Notes: a model not told the origin generated them from the sequence alone. 64,000 nt of DNA from Vulcanimicrobiota bacterium (GCA_963714015.1 OY970223.1:1568001-1632000); one strand, 5' to 3'; counted from the stretch's first letter, positions 51,917-61,507 are shown. A program made the numbers and translations.

Positions 51917-52794
51917 TTCTTTGCGGACCGACTGCCTCGGGGAAAACCTCGCTCTCGATCGATCTCGCGCGCAGATTCGGGTGCGAAATCGTCAACGCCG
52001 ATTCGCGTCAGATCTACCGCGGTATGCCGATAGGCACCGCGGCGCCGTCGCCTGAACAACTCTCCGCCGTTCCGCACCATCTGTTCGGCTTTCTCGATCC
52101 GGCGGAGCGTTATTCCGCGGGGCGTTACGCGCTGGACGCCATGGAAGTAATTCGTGCCGTCGACGCGCGCGGAAACCGCGCGATCGTGTGCGGCGGGACC
52201 GGCTTTTACGTGCGCGCGCTTTCCGGCGCCGTAGATTTGGCACCGCACTACGATGAGAGGCTTCGGGCGCGCTTGGCGCGCGAAGCCCGCTTGCACGAGC
52301 CTGCGTTCATGCACGAATGGCTTTCCGCGCGAGATCCGCGCCGCGCCGCAATGCTGCAACCGGAAGACACCTATCGCGTGTTGCGCGCGCTCGAAGTGGC
52401 ACTCGCGCGGGGAACCAACGAATTGCGGACGCAGCCGCTCCCTTCGCTCGCATCCGAAGGTTTCCGGTATCTCAAGGTGTTTCTCGACATCGACGAGTCC
52501 GAACTCGACAACCGGATTTCCCGCCGCGTCGACCGGATGCTCGACGCGGGTTTACTGGACGAGGCCGAGCGTATCGGTGGGCAAGCGGTTGCGGCCAGCG
52601 CCGTAGGATATCCGCAAGCGCTCGCGTTTTTGAAGGGCTGGTGCACGCGCAGCGAACTGCGCGAGCTGCTCTTTCGGGCGACGCGCCGCTATGCAAAGCG
52701 ACAGGCGACGTGGTTTCGGAGTGAGCCTGATACACGCCGGCTTGCAGCCACGGACGTAGCGCCGCTGGCAAGGGAAATACTCGGCTGGGTTTGA
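51901..52794 (+). CDS. miaA: tRNA dimethylallyltransferase
   Basis: GPTASGKT, DSRQIY, GGTGFY, YAKRQ.TWF. Confidence 0.96.
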   Translation: MRTVLILCGPTASGKTSLSIDLARRFGCEIVNADSRQIYRGMPIGTAAPSPEQLSAVPHHLFGFLDPAERYSAGRYALDAMEVIRAVDARGNRAIVCGGTGFYVRALSGAVDLAPHYDERLRARLAREARLHEPAFMHEWLSARDPRRAAMLQPEDTYRVLRALEVALARGTNELRTQPLPSLASEGFRYLKVFLDIDESELDNRISRRVDRMLDAGLLDEAERIGGQAVAASAVGYPQALAFLKGWCTRSELRELLFRATRRYAKRQATWFRSEPDTRRLAATDVAPLAREILGWV

Positions 52795-52804
52795 AGCCCG
52801 CAGA

Positions 52805-53062
52805 ATGCCGGGAAGCCTGCAAGATACCTATTTGGCCGAGATAAAACGGCAAGGCGTACCCGTGACGGTTTACCTCGTAAACGGTTTTCAGTTGCGCGGA
52901 ATCGTCAAAGGCTTTGACCCTTTCACGATTCTGATCGAATACGAGCGCAAGACGCACCTTATCTACAAGCACGCCGTCTCAACGATTTCGCCGCAGGGGG
53001 CTTTTGCCTCGCCGCCGGAAGCGATCGCCGCCGCAGCGCCGGCGGAAGTAACTTCGGGGTAA
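52805..53062 (+). CDS. hfq: RNA chaperone Hfq
   Basis: SLQD.YL, VYLVNGFQLRG, IYKHAVSTI. Confidence 0.97.
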   Translation: MPGSLQDTYLAEIKRQGVPVTVYLVNGFQLRGIVKGFDPFTILIEYERKTHLIYKHAVSTISPQGAFASPPEAIAAAAPAEVTSG

Positions 53063-53835
53063 TGCCGGTGAGAGCCGTGACCAAGATGCACGGCACATTC
53101 AACGATTTCGTGATCGTCGACGATCGCGCAAATCCGATACGGGACTTCCAGAACCTGGCCCGCGCGCTGTGCGACCGGCGCGGAGGCGTCGGAGCTGACG
53201 GTTTGATCGCGATCTCCAATTCAGGACCTGCGGACGCGCGCATGCGCATTTTCAACGCCGACGGCAGCGAAGCCGAGATGTGCGGTAACGGCATGCGCTG
53301 CGCCGTGCGTTATCTGTCCGAGTCGGGCGAGGGCGATGCCTTCAGAATCGAAACGGCAGCCGGAATCATCGATGCGGCCGTACTCGAGAAGGGCGAGATC
53401 TACACCGTGCGCCTCAACATCGGCGTTCCGAAAATTGAAACGCGGTCTTTGCCGTTTACCGGCGCGGTCTTCGTCTCGCTGGGCAACCCGCACGTCGTAA
53501 TCTTTCGCGATTCGATCGACGGATTCGATCTCAACAGCGCCGGAAAAGCGCTTCCCGGATACAACGTTCACGTTGCGGCAGTGCGCGGCCGCAGGCGCGT
53601 CGATGCGCGCCATTACGAGCGGGGAGTAGGTTTGACGCAAGCGTGCGGAACGGGTGCCGTTGCATGCGCCGCGGCGGCGATGGCCCGCGCCGAGTGCGAA
53701 TCGCCCGTTCAAGTTCATGTTCCCGGCGGCGTGCTTACGGTCGAGTGGGACGGCGCCGGCAATGCATATCTTACCGGTCCGGCGGTGCGGGTTTTCGAGG
53801 CGTCTTTGGCAAGTTTCGATGCAATCATTGCCTGA
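53062..53835 (+). CDS. dapF: Diaminopimelate epimerase
   Basis: KMHG..NDF, MCGNG.RC, GNPH, ERGVG.T.ACGTG. Confidence 0.96.
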   Translation: MPVRAVTKMHGTFNDFVIVDDRANPIRDFQNLARALCDRRGGVGADGLIAISNSGPADARMRIFNADGSEAEMCGNGMRCAVRYLSESGEGDAFRIETAAGIIDAAVLEKGEIYTVRLNIGVPKIETRSLPFTGAVFVSLGNPHVVIFRDSIDGFDLNSAGKALPGYNVHVAAVRGRRRVDARHYERGVGLTQACGTGAVACAAAAMARAECESPVQVHVPGGVLTVEWDGAGNAYLTGPAVRVFEASLASFDAIIA

Positions 53836-54268
53836 CCGGCTCGGCACGTCGGTGCGGGAAGCGCTCAAGAGTGATGCGCCTCGTGTCGTGAGTTTGGCGC
53901 AGCAGCTGGGTTACGAAGTGCCTGCCTCGCACGTCACGGCCTATTTGACGGCGCTGAACGAAGATCGCGCCGTTTTCGTTGCCGTTGTGCCGCGAGCCGG
54001 TGTCGTCGGTTGGATTGGCGTTGCGCTCTCACGCTCGCTCACGTCGATCGGTCGCGTCGAGGTCCACGGCTTGGTCGTCGAGGACGAGTATCGCGGCAAC
54101 GGCATCGGCGCGGCGCTGCTGGATGCAGCTGAGGCGTGGGGGCGCAAGCGCGGCTGCACGCGCGTCCGCGTGCTTTCGAACGTTGTTCGCGAACGAGCGC
54201 ACCGGTTCTACGAGCAGACCGGTTACGAAGTCGTCAAAACGGAACGCGTCTTCGAAAAATCGTTATGA
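53819..54268 (+). CDS. GNAT family N-acetyltransferase
   Basis: LVV...RGNGIG motif A, AHRFYE..GY. Confidence 0.9.
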   Translation: MQSLPDRLGTSVREALKSDAPRVVSLAQQLGYEVPASHVTAYLTALNEDRAVFVAVVPRAGVVGWIGVALSRSLTSIGRVEVHGLVVEDEYRGNGIGAALLDAAEAWGRKRGCTRVRVLSNVVRERAHRFYEQTGYEVVKTERVFEKSL

Positions 54269-55473
54269 TCGGCCTGGCGTACTGCGATAAGCGCGGTCGC
54301 ATTTTCTTCGACGAGTCGCGAACGCCGCTCGGTGACGGCGGCATCGTGCGTGCCGTTCAAAGCGACGAAGTAATCCCGGCCCCGGCAGGCACGGTGCCGA
54401 TGATTCTTCCGGGGCGCCGCCCGCTGCTCGAAGACAGTGTCGCAAAAAGGCGATATGCGCTTGCCGCGATGCTTCCAGCCGGTTACACCCGACTAATGCT
54501 CCCGGCATATTTTCGCGAACCGGGGGCGCCGGCGCTGCCGCTCTTCGGCTATACGTTCGCTTGCGCCGTGAACGGCGAACTGCACGTCGCGGCGGCGCAA
54601 ACCGACGAAAGCGAGGATTGGCAGCCCCGCCGGTTCGGCGCCGGCGAGTTGGAGGGAATTATCGCCGCGCGGCAGAGCGAAGATCGGCTCAACCGCCTGC
54701 TTCGACAAGTCGCGTTGTGCTCTACCGATTACGGCTGCTTTACTGCGCAGAACGTTTTTCTGGAACGCGGTGAAGCGGCGCTTCCGGTTTCGCCGAAGTG
54801 CAATGCCCGCTGCGTCGGCTGCATCTCGGAGCAAGACGAATTAGCCGGACTTCCGGCGCCGCAGACGCGCATTTCGTTCGAGACTTCCGCGGAGGAAATC
54901 GCGCGCGTCGCGATCCGCCATTTGGAGCGCGTCGAGGACGGCATCGTCTCGTTCGGTCAAGGCTGTGAAGGGGAGCCGCTGCTGCGATCGGTAACGATTG
55001 GCCGCGCGATCGAGCTGATTCGAGCGCGGCGTTCAAACGGGACGATCAATTTGAATACGAACGGAAGTATGCCTTCAGCCTTGCAGCGCTGTATCGACGC
55101 GGGCCTTCAGGCCGTGCGCGTAAGCCTGAACTCGTTTCGGCCGCGCGTGTATGCCGCATATTACCGGCCGGAGGGCTATTCGCTGGACGACGTCTTCGAA
55201 TCGATTCGTTTGGCGTCCGGGCGCGGCTTGCGGGTTTCGTTGAACCTGCTGACGCATCCGGGAATCACCGACGAAGAAGAAGAGCTGCAAGCGATGGAAG
55301 CTTTCTTGAAAAGCGTGCCCGTCGCCATGATTCAAACGCGCACGCTGAACATCGATCCGGAATGGTACTTTGCAACGGTAGGCCGCCCGAACAATCCCTT
55401 GGGAATGCGCGATGCCATCGCAGCAATCGGGCGCGCAGGCGTGCGCGTCGGAAACTTCACGCACACGCATTAG
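54265..55473 (+). CDS. Radical SAM protein of unknown function
   Basis: CNARCVGC, FGQGCEGEP, NTNG; long N-terminal extension; ATGA overlap with GNAT. Confidence 0.88.
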   Translation: MIGLAYCDKRGRIFFDESRTPLGDGGIVRAVQSDEVIPAPAGTVPMILPGRRPLLEDSVAKRRYALAAMLPAGYTRLMLPAYFREPGAPALPLFGYTFACAVNGELHVAAAQTDESEDWQPRRFGAGELEGIIAARQSEDRLNRLLRQVALCSTDYGCFTAQNVFLERGEAALPVSPKCNARCVGCISEQDELAGLPAPQTRISFETSAEEIARVAIRHLERVEDGIVSFGQGCEGEPLLRSVTIGRAIELIRARRSNGTINLNTNGSMPSALQRCIDAGLQAVRVSLNSFRPRVYAAYYRPEGYSLDDVFESIRLASGRGLRVSLNLLTHPGITDEEEELQAMEAFLKSVPVAMIQTRTLNIDPEWYFATVGRPNNPLGMRDAIAAIGRAGVRVGNFTHTH

Positions 55474-55482
55474 GGCTGACGG

Positions 55483-56601
55483 ATGAGACTCTGGCATATC
55501 GCCGCGCTGCTGGTGATCGGCGTAGCAGTCGGTGCGCTCTTTCCGGGAAAATTCACCGCCGTCTTTGGGCCGGCCACGTTGTACGTATTTCTCCCAGCAC
55601 TCATCTTCGAGGGCGCTTGGCACTTGGACGCGCGGCTCATGCGCGGCTCGTGGCGCGCGATTGCGATGCTGGCCATACCGGGCGTCATCTTGACTGCCGG
55701 CATCATCGCGCTCTTCGCGCACTACTTTGCGTCCTTCGTTTGGATATCCGCCGGCATACTCGGAGTCATCCTCAGCGCAACGGATCCGGTGGCAGTGGTC
55801 GCAATCTTCCGGCGCATTCCGATTCCCAAGCGCCTGGCGACGATCGTCGAGAGCGAGGCGCTTCTGAACGACGCAATCGCCGTCGTTCTTTACCGCGCGT
55901 TGCTTGGCGCCTCGCTGCCCGGAGCGGTGATGCCTTGGAAAGCTGCGGGTCAGGCCGCAATCGGCGTTGTGCTCGGAGTGGCGCTGGGCGTTGCACTCGC
56001 GGCTTGCGCCTCGTTCTTGCTGCGAAGGCCGTTCGGCACAACCGTCCAATGCGCAGCCACGTTTTTGGGTGCCTACGGCGGGTATTTCATCGCCGAAAGG
56101 CTGGCTTGGTCCGGCATCTTCGCCGTAATTGCTTTCAGCATAACGCTGCGCGAACTCGAACGCACGCGCATCAGCGTCGCTTGCGCAATGGGCGTGGGCG
56201 ATTTCTGGGACGCTATCGCTACGCTTGCGAATCTGTTTCTATTTTTCCTAATCGGCGCCGCACTGGATTTCACGCGATTGGGCGCCGCTGCGCCAGCCGC
56301 CGGGGTGGTGATTGCAGCCGTCCTCGTCTCGCGAATCGCAGTCGCCTACGGGTTGCTCCATTTCGTCCGCTCGCAGGTGAAGCGTGTGTGGCAAACCGTC
56401 GTGCGCATGGCCGGAATCCGCGGAGCGCTCGCGCTGGCGCTGGCCCTGGCGACGCCTTCAGCGATCGCGCAACGCAATGAAATTATCAGCGCGACCTTCG
56501 CCGTCGTTCTGGTGACGGTCTTAGCGGGATCGCTCACGCTGGACAAACGAATCCGGCGCCTTCCCCTGCAGTCAGGCGGGCGCGGTGATGCTGCGGTTTA
56601 A
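55483..56601 (+). CDS. CPA1 cation:proton antiporter
   Basis: FLPALIFE, SATDPVAV, ESEALLND, GIRGA. Confidence 0.92.
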   Translation: MRLWHIAALLVIGVAVGALFPGKFTAVFGPATLYVFLPALIFEGAWHLDARLMRGSWRAIAMLAIPGVILTAGIIALFAHYFASFVWISAGILGVILSATDPVAVVAIFRRIPIPKRLATIVESEALLNDAIAVVLYRALLGASLPGAVMPWKAAGQAAIGVVLGVALGVALAACASFLLRRPFGTTVQCAATFLGAYGGYFIAERLAWSGIFAVIAFSITLRELERTRISVACAMGVGDFWDAIATLANLFLFFLIGAALDFTRLGAAAPAAGVVIAAVLVSRIAVAYGLLHFVRSQVKRVWQTVVRMAGIRGALALALALATPSAIAQRNEIISATFAVVLVTVLAGSLTLDKRIRRLPLQSGGRGDAAV

Positions 56602-56988
56602 GACGTCGAGAATGATCTCCGTCGAAGAGATCACCGTTACGGGGCTTTCGGAGTCCAGTGACTCAAAAATCGTTTTGTTTTTCGGATTGTTGACGCGCGC
56701 GATACACCGCGCCTTAGATTTTTTCTTGGTGATCAAGCAAACGACGAGGTTGTCTTCATCATCGCCGGTGTCGGCGACGACGACGTCTGCGCGACCGACA
56801 CCGGCCTGCTCCAAGACGAGCGGATCGCAGCCGTCGCCCACAACAGCAACCTTCTGCTCGATGATCTGCTCGAGCATTCGGGCCTTGCGTTCTTCCTTCT
56901 CGACCATGACGACTTCGTGATGCTGCGCAAGCAGCGCGCGGGTCAGATACGACCCGACTTTTCCTCCGCCGACGATGAGAACGAACAT
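56572..56988 (-). CDS. TrkA/Ktr RCK-N protein (short)
   Basis: IVGGGKVG, TGDDEDN, IARVNNP. Confidence 0.88.
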   Translation of the reverse strand: MFVLIVGGGKVGSYLTRALLAQHHEVVMVEKEERKARMLEQIIEQKVAVVGDGCDPLVLEQAGVGRADVVVADTGDDEDNLVVCLITKKKSKARCIARVNNPKNKTIFESLDSESPVTVISSTEIILDVLNRSITAPA

Positions 56989-56991
56989 GCG

Positions 56992-57693
56992 CTAGGCCCT
57001 CCCCGTCGGGGCGATCGCCGGTGTGCCGCCGAGCGGAGCCTGATCGCGCATTTGGAACATCTGCGCGAATTCGGTAATGGCATCGGGAGCGACGATTGCG
57101 TTGATCTCGTCCCCTTCGGCAAGGATCGTATCATCAGCAGCAACGCGCACTGTTTTACCGGTCCGCACTGCGGCAATGCGAATTCGCCCGGGAATCTCGA
57201 AATCTGAGATGCGCTTGCCGGAATCGGCTGCACGAACGACCGCCGTCAGCGAGGTGACTTTTCCGAAGTCAAACGATTGCAGCGTGTCCCACGGTGACTC
57301 CATCAGCACGTCGCGGATGATCTTTGCGCCCACCGTGGTAGGGCAGACAGTGTCGATGCCGAGATCGCGATACATTAGTCCCCGGGCCGGATCGTAGATT
57401 CGGGCCACGATTTTCTTCACATGGAACATGCGCTGAGCGATGAGCGCGGCCATCACGTTACGGTTGTCTCCGTTCGTTACCGCGATGAATCCGTCGGCCG
57501 TCCCCGCGCCCGCACGTTTGAGCACGTCGTAGTCGATCCCGGTCCCGACCACGACGTGCCCTTTGAATTTCTGGCCCAGGCGCTTGAAGGAAGCGGGATT
57601 TTCGTCGACGACGATGATTTCGTGGCCATCGGCGTCGAGCAGTTTTGCCAGGGTAGAACCGACTCGGCCGCATCCGACGATGAGATATCTCAT
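56992..57693 (-). CDS. TrkA/Ktr potassium uptake regulatory subunit
   Basis: IVGCGRVG, TNGDNRN, ARIYDP, RCK-C tail. Confidence 0.9.
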   Translation of the reverse strand: MRYLIVGCGRVGSTLAKLLDADGHEIIVVDENPASFKRLGQKFKGHVVVGTGIDYDVLKRAGAGTADGFIAVTNGDNRNVMAALIAQRMFHVKKIVARIYDPARGLMYRDLGIDTVCPTTVGAKIIRDVLMESPWDTLQSFDFGKVTSLTAVVRAADSGKRISDFEIPGRIRIAAVRTGKTVRVAADDTILAEGDEINAIVAPDAITEFAQMFQMRDQAPLGGTPAIAPTGRA

Positions 57694-57758
57694 GGTGATA
57701 TCCAAGGGTTCGTGCAGGAGGGCAGCCCATCCGCCCGAACCAAAGAGCGTTTTTACAT

Positions 57759-57832
57759 CGGGGCGTGGCTCAGCTTGGTAGAGCGCTTCGTTCGGGACGA
57801 AGAGGTCGCTGGTTCGAATCCAGTCGCCCCGA
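57759..57832 (+). tRNA. tRNA-Pro (anticodon CGG); CCA not encoded
   Basis: Acceptor CGGGGCG/CGCCCCG, D arm GCTC-AGCTTGGTA-GAGC, anticodon arm CTTCG-TTCGGGA-CGAAG, T arm GCTGG-TTCGAAT-CCAGT. Confidence 0.97.
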
Positions 57833-57871
57833 TAGTTTCCCCCTCGCAAACGGCAGCAAGTTAACAAGGAA

Positions 57872-58261
57872 TTGTTCTCGAGATTTAGCTCCGCTTCGGG
57901 ACGCGTCTTGCGCGCCGCCGAACAAGAGTGCCGCAACCACAACCATTATTACGTCGGAGTCGAACATCTGCTCGTCGCACTGCTCGAGGAGCCGGACGGT
58001 TCTATTGCCGCGCGTCTTCGTGGTGACGGTATCGACACGTCCGAAGTTCATGCTGAAGTCCGCAGAGCTTTGGGCACCGGCGAAGATCGGCTGTGGGAAG
58101 GCATTTTGGTGACTCCGCGCGTGCGCAAAATCGTCGCCTTGGCCGAGACGCAAGCCGGCGGCCGTGCAGTGGAGCCGCTCGATCTCTTCGAAGCGATTCA
58201 AGCGGAGGGCGGTAGCTTGGCGGCCGAGATCCTGCGCCGGGCGAAACCATGCACGCCCTAA
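57872..58261 (+). CDS. Stand-alone Clp N-terminal (repeat) domain protein
   Basis: MFSRFS...A..E...NHYYVGVEHLLVALL, TPRVRKIV.LA; no AAA+ domain. Confidence 0.85.
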   Translation: MFSRFSSASGRVLRAAEQECRNHNHYYVGVEHLLVALLEEPDGSIAARLRGDGIDTSEVHAEVRRALGTGEDRLWEGILVTPRVRKIVALAETQAGGRAVEPLDLFEAIQAEGGSLAAEILRRAKPCTP

Positions 58262-58863
58262 CGGCGTTTTTTACGCACCTCGTCGATCATTTTGGTTATA
58301 CCGGCTTGTTCGTGGCAATGACGCTCGCCAACATCGGCGCGCCAGTGGGCAGCGAAATCGTTCTGCCCGGCGCCGGTGCTCTTGTGGCCACGCATCATCT
58401 TGGAAACCTGTGGGTGGCCATTGCACTTGCCGTATTGGCCGAACTGACGGGGCAGAGCATCGGGTACGCGGTCGGGCGCTTCGGCGGCCGCCCTTTCGTC
58501 GACCGATTCGGAAAGTACGTACGGTTTCACCGTACCGAACTCGAACGAGTCGACGGGTTCTTTGCCCGGTACGGTAAATTCGCAATCTTCATCTGCCGCT
58601 TTATACCGGTGATCCGCGGTATCGTTGGAATTCCGGCCGGAATCGCCCGGATGCCGCTTGGAGCGTTCTACCTTTGGACGTTCGCGGGGTCCCTGATCTT
58701 CTGCGGCGGACTGATTATGCTCGGAAACACACTGGGCACTCACTCGCATGCGGTAGTCGAATCGCTTCGCAAGTACGCGTTTGCAATTATCCTGCTCGTG
58801 GCAGCTGCGGCGATCGCGTACGCGTTTGTTCAAAGCCGCCGCGCGAAGCGGCAGCCGACCTAG
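58249..58863 (+). CDS. DedA family protein
   Basis: GSEIVLP.AG, GYAVGRFGG, RFIPVIR. Confidence 0.92.
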   Translation: MHALTAFFTHLVDHFGYTGLFVAMTLANIGAPVGSEIVLPGAGALVATHHLGNLWVAIALAVLAELTGQSIGYAVGRFGGRPFVDRFGKYVRFHRTELERVDGFFARYGKFAIFICRFIPVIRGIVGIPAGIARMPLGAFYLWTFAGSLIFCGGLIMLGNTLGTHSHAVVESLRKYAFAIILLVAAAAIAYAFVQSRRAKRQPT

Positions 58864-58871
58864 CATAAACT

Positions 58872-60098
58872 ATGCCCAGTGCGATCCAAACTCAGTGCTG
58901 CATCGCCGGCGGAGGGCCGGCCGGCATGATGTTGGCGTTTCTGTTGGCGCGTGCCGGGGTCGAAGTCGTGGTGCTCGAGAAGCATGCGGACTTCTTTCGC
59001 GATTTTCGCGGCGACACGATCCACCCGTCGACTCTGGAAGTCATGGCAGAAATCGGCCTACTCGACGAATTCTTGAAAGTGCCGCATGATGAAGTGCAGC
59101 ATCTTTCCGGACTCGTGGGCTCGACGAACATTCCCGTTGCGGACTTTCGGTATCTGCCGACGCGTTGCAGATTTCTGGCCTTCATGCCGCAGTGGGACTT
59201 TCTCAATTTCCTGGCAACGCAAGGTAAGCGCTATCCGGGCTTTCATTTGAAAATGCAGGCGCGCGCGGACGAACTGCTCTTCGAAGGCGATCGCGTTTGC
59301 GGCGTGCGCGCGCAGACGCCTGAGGGCATCCTGGACGTTCGCTCGGCGCTCGTTGTCGCTGCCGACGGCCGAACATCGGTGCTGCGCGATCGCGCCGGCT
59401 TCGTTCGAACGCAGCTCGGCGCGCCTATGGACATACTTTGGATGCGCATGTCCCGTCATTCAACCGATCCGGAGCAGACGTTCGGCCGCCTCGAGCGCGG
59501 GCGCATCTTCGTAATGCTCAATCGCAACAACTTTTGGCAGTGCGGCTACGTTATTCCCAAAGGAACATTCGACGACATGCGCCGCAACGGAATGGAGGCG
59601 TTTCGCGCCGAGATCGCGCACGTCGCCCCCTTCTTGGCGGATCGCGTGGCCGAACTGCGCGAGTGGGATGACGTGCGCTTGTTGACCGTTGCCGTCGATC
59701 GTTTGCCCAAGTGGTACCGGCCGGGGATGTTATGCATTGGAGACGCGGCGCACGCAATGTCGCCGATCGGCGGCGTAGGAATCAACTTAGCGATTCAGGA
59801 TGCCGTCGCCGCCGCGAATCACCTCGCCGTTCCATTACGCGAAAACCGCATCGCCGATGACGACTTGCGTGCCGTGCAGCGCCGGCGGATGTTTCCGACC
59901 CGGTTTACCCAAGGTGCGCAGCTGTTCATTCAGAAGCGGATCATCAAACGCGTACTGGGAAGCAACGGCGAAACGAAAGCTCCTGCTTTCATGCATCTAT
60001 TCCGCGCTTTTCCGGTTTTGCAGCGGTTGCCGGCTTACCTCGTCGGCGTCGGCGTGCGCCCCGAGCACGTCAAGATTGCCGCCGAGCCAGTTCCCTGA
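58872..60098 (+). CDS. FAD-dependent oxidoreductase/monooxygenase
   Basis: GGGPAG, RDFRGDTIHP, ADGR, GDAAHAMSPIGGVGIN. Confidence 0.92.
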   Translation: MPSAIQTQCCIAGGGPAGMMLAFLLARAGVEVVVLEKHADFFRDFRGDTIHPSTLEVMAEIGLLDEFLKVPHDEVQHLSGLVGSTNIPVADFRYLPTRCRFLAFMPQWDFLNFLATQGKRYPGFHLKMQARADELLFEGDRVCGVRAQTPEGILDVRSALVVAADGRTSVLRDRAGFVRTQLGAPMDILWMRMSRHSTDPEQTFGRLERGRIFVMLNRNNFWQCGYVIPKGTFDDMRRNGMEAFRAEIAHVAPFLADRVAELREWDDVRLLTVAVDRLPKWYRPGMLCIGDAAHAMSPIGGVGINLAIQDAVAAANHLAVPLRENRIADDDLRAVQRRRMFPTRFTQGAQLFIQKRIIKRVLGSNGETKAPAFMHLFRAFPVLQRLPAYLVGVGVRPEHVKIAAEPVP

Positions 60099-60427
60099 CG
60101 ATCGCTTCAATAGCGGCGTCGTCTTCTCGGCGTTTGTTGGCCGCTACGGTCTTGCGCCGGTCCGACACAAAGATCCATGCCGCAGTAACCCCGCAGAGTA
60201 CGAAAATTGCGATCTGCGCGGGGGCAGAAAGCTCGAGCTCCGACAAACAGTCCGAACGCAGCCGCAGCGGCGCCAAGAGCGGCGAATACGCTGTTCAGCG
60301 AGTCCCCGGGACGTACGTGCCAGTCAGGGAAAAGCCGCCTCGCGACGCGGATGCCTATCACGTCGTAGAGCAGTTTCAACGTCGTAAGAGCAAAAAGTAC
60401 GTAGAACGCCGTACGAATCAAATGCAT
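60070..60427 (-). CDS. Small hypothetical membrane protein (frameshift near 60260)
   Basis: Hydrophobic stretches across ORFs 60107..60427 and 60070..60276. Confidence 0.5.
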
Positions 60428-60464
60428 ATTAAGCGCGTCCGTTTATCACCTTACGGCTGTGCCC

Positions 60465-61445
60465 CTACTGATATACCGCTTTGGCGGTCTGAATCGCCGC
60501 TGAGCCGTTGCGCCAGACGACGTACGTTAATTTCTGCGCGGCGTTGATCGACGCTGCGCCGAACTCGCCGCGCGGATTGAGCGCGATCGCGCAATACATG
60601 TCGGTGTGAACGTTGGGCGCCGTCCGCGCGATTGTACGCATCAGGTCCTCACACGCTTCTTGCGGATGCATACCTTCGCGCATTTTGTTCACGAGGTAGG
60701 CACTTGTGGCGTAGTTCGACATCACGTCGCCGTTGCCGGTTGCGGAAGCGGCACCTGCGGTGTCGTCGGCCATGTACCCTGCGCCCACGATCGGCGAGTC
60801 TGCTACGCGTCCCGGAATCTTCCACGCGATGCCGCTTGTGGAGCAGCCCGCCGCAACTCGACCGTGGCCATCCGTTGCGCATATGCCGATGGTATCGTGA
60901 TTGTGTTTGCTTACGTAGTACGTCTCATGATCGGGAGTTTGTTTCCACTTTAGCCACGCTTCCAGGCTTTGCGGTGTCAACAGCTGCATTGGTTGAAAGC
61001 CCATGCGCATCGCAAATTCGAGCGCTCCGTCGCCCGCTAATTGGGTGTGCGTGGTTCGTTCCAGCACCAAACGAGCAACGGAGATGGGGTTCTTGATCTT
61101 GTGCAAATTGAACACCGCGCCGGCGCGATGACGCGTTCCGTCCATGATCCCGGCGTCGAGCTCGACCTCTCCCTCGGCGTTGGGAAATCCGCCGTAGCCG
61201 ACTGTCGTGATGCTCGGATCGTCTTCGATGAGATTGATGCCTTTTTCGATGCCGTCGAGCAGCGAACCGCCGCGGCGCAGGATTCCTACGGCACGCTCTA
61301 CTGCCGGCTTACTGAAATCCCAAGTCGCGATGAATACCGGGCCGTTCGATCCGGCGGCGTCCGTCGCCGAAGGTGGATCCAAAACCGACAGCGCTGCAGC
61401 GCCGGCTGCGGAGCTCAAGAACGAGCGTCGCTTTATCGTGTCCAT
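60465..61445 (-). CDS. N(4)-(beta-N-acetylglucosaminyl)-L-asparaginase (Ntn hydrolase), Tat-exported
   Basis: KRRSFL twin-arginine signal; IATW, VGYGG.P, HD|TIG autocleavage site, GRVADSPI.GAG. Confidence 0.9.
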   Translation of the reverse strand: MDTIKRRSFLSSAAGAAALSVLDPPSATDAAGSNGPVFIATWDFSKPAVERAVGILRRGGSLLDGIEKGINLIEDDPSITTVGYGGFPNAEGEVELDAGIMDGTRHRAGAVFNLHKIKNPISVARLVLERTTHTQLAGDGALEFAMRMGFQPMQLLTPQSLEAWLKWKQTPDHETYYVSKHNHDTIGICATDGHGRVAAGCSTSGIAWKIPGRVADSPIVGAGYMADDTAGAASATGNGDVMSNYATSAYLVNKMREGMHPQEACEDLMRTIARTAPNVHTDMYCAIALNPRGEFGAASINAAQKLTYVVWRNGSAAIQTAKAVYQ

Positions 61446-61507
61446 GCGCACTCGTGCGACGCCCTCGCGAAAGGCTCCTGGAACGGCTGATGCAGTATAC
61501 TAGCGGC

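Noticed and set aside
57759..57872. tRNA-Pro as an integration site
   Set aside because: No integrase, no duplicated tRNA 3' end seen, and no compositional shift downstream.
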